Source of the DNA: Catajapyx aquilonaris
Taxonomy: Eukaryota
NCBI GenBank assembly: GCA_000934665.2
Contig: KZ538860.1
Coordinates: 54,968 to 74,967 of the forward strand
Length of the DNA stretch: 20,000 bases
Direction: 5' to 3'
Part shown: piece by piece, positions 18,547 through 20,000 of the stretch
Layout: each line of letters begins with the position of its first letter
How positions within the stretch are numbered: the stretch's first letter is position 1
Notes under the pieces: model-generated
The model's database searches: none
Seen by the model: only the letters and a program-made list of their open reading frames with translations
What the model was told of the DNA's origin: nothing
Position numbers and translations under genes: made by a program

Positions 18547-18864
18547 ATGTCATTGCTGCTGGTCAAGGAGGAGGAGGAGGAAGGAGGAGATGAGATGGCC
18601 ACGACTCAGGAGGAGGAGGAGACCTGCTGGACGACGGTGCTGAAGGAAGAGGTCCCCATGTCGTTTGAGGAAGGTCCATCTCTACCAGTCCCCACATCCT
18701 TCGTGGACAGCCCAGTGGTGCTGAAGGAAGAGGTGATTCACGCGGTCAAAGCTGAACCAGTACAAGAAGAAGAGGAAGAGATGATGGCAATTTCTCCAGA
18801 GATGCCGTGTCAAGACGATGCGGTAAATGACCCATTGGCAGTTGTTTCTGGAAGCAGACATGAG
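18547..18864 (+). CDS. First coding exon (106 aa acidic leader) of another family member; the downstream exon probably lies beyond the window
   Basis: MSLLLVKEEE...CWTTVLKEE...VKAEP.EEEEEMM...VNDPLAVVSGSRHE|gtaatt, with a phase-0 donor as in paralogs; acceptor ttcatttacag| 5 nt before the ATG; no ZF exon found in 18865-20000. Confidence 0.78.
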
Positions 18865-19221
18865 GTAATTAGTCCCAAAGAGCTCGTGTAGAGCCCCGCG
18901 ATTACACGTAAGAGACACCACTAGGAATAATAGGCGCCGGACAGCTCTCAAACGTAAACATATTCTCCAGACATCTATAACACGTCTGCCTACCTTCCAA
19001 ACACACTCTCAAACACTGATCCCATAGTAACTGTTACCAAGACATTAATCCACCTGGACAACAATAGCGACAGTCTTGCCAACATGACTCGAAACACTAC
19101 AAATGAACACACAATGTAAAGAGTGGGAAAAACCGGTTTCCAAGTGCCGCCACTTTTTGGCCACTTGTTTAAGTAGCCAACATGTTTGGCTCTTGGCCCC
19201 AACGAGTTCTGCTATGATATA

Positions 19222-19394
19222 TACAGGGTGTTTCCGAGCTATCTTTACAAACTTGTAGGGGTAGTAGAGGGGACCAAGTCAAACATTTTTCACGTAGGAA
19301 ACAGAGTCTGGATACGCCATCTAGAGGGGGTTCATAGACCAGGAGCAGGTGCGGTCAGGCACTTCAGGCGGACGGCGTTAGCAAGCGGACTGTT
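19222..19394 (+). mobile_element. Tc1/mariner-like element end fragment (copy 2)
   Basis: Begins TA|CAGGGTGT, a terminus type common in Tc1/mariner-derived elements, and aligns by eye with 15683-15827; the opposite end was not found in the window. Confidence 0.55.
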
Positions 19395-20000
19395 AAGGTG
19401 GAAATGAAGCGACTTGCTAATCAAATGAGAGTCTAGAATTGGAATGTTAATAAGAAGGGCTAAAATCAGGGAATCATACGCAACCGATGCAGCAGGAAAT
19501 GCTGTTCAATCCTATGCATTCCTTTCGAATCTGCGTGTTAAACTCGATTTAATATGAGCCTATTACCGGCTGCAAGTTCTTGTGCGCAGGCGCCATTTTC
19601 ACAACTGCCAACTTAAACATGGTATTAGGAGGTGTGCTTAATATTTTTTATTTTAGATGGAAATCGATTTAATCCGGTCGTAATTACGAGGTCCCAATTT
19701 GTCATGGCATTTTTAAAAGTTCAGTTCCGAAAGGGGAGCCTGTAGCTCTTCATTTGTGTCGGATTTGGAACACGTTCAGTTGGTACGCGGGTGACAGATA
19801 GAAGCGGCAACGCAGCAAAGGTCCGGGCCAATTATCGCGTAGAAATGTGACGTCATTGCCGGGTGGATTCGAATGATTCGATTTTTATATTATAATTATA
19901 ACGATATAAACTAATATAACGGTTCTGACGTCTGACAAACACCCCCGCCAAACGAAAATCCTGTGTGAGCCATTGTGAAAACCATCATACTAACTTGCAC

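Noticed and set aside
19580..19935. YY1-like GCGCCATTTT, CRE-like TGACGTCA and TCGA motifs as another promoter cassette
   Set aside because: Motifs A, B and C are absent and no associated ORF is visible in the window; it cannot be supported.

Overview
This is eukaryotic, intron-containing DNA, probably arthropod (inferred from the MADF-BESS gene and the KEEP/DPL-type acidic leaders). The window is a compact transcription-factor cluster. It holds the 3' end of one C2H2 zinc-finger (ZF) gene, three complete two-coding-exon ZF genes, the first coding exon of another family member, a frameshifted minus-strand ZF pseudogene, a 4-exon MADF-BESS gene and the 3-exon ciliary gene B9D2. The most striking feature is a repeated module: an ordered promoter (GTAGCRGTKAC, AAYAGCGC..AAG, GAAYGCRCCC, CCAAGATGGCSG; 6 copies plus 1 remnant), usually a short 5'UTR intron, and an acidic exon rich in SUMO consensus sites and ending near a 'DPL' motif with a phase-0 donor. 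This exon is spliced onto variable DNA-binding exons. In three genes the partner is a C2H2 array. In one gene (1256-2562) it appears to be the N-terminal region of a Sola-type transposase without the catalytic core, a candidate host-transposase fusion analogous to KRAB-ZFP/KRAB-transposase systems. Introns also hold fold-back MITE-like elements. All gene models and family calls were made by eye, without database searches.
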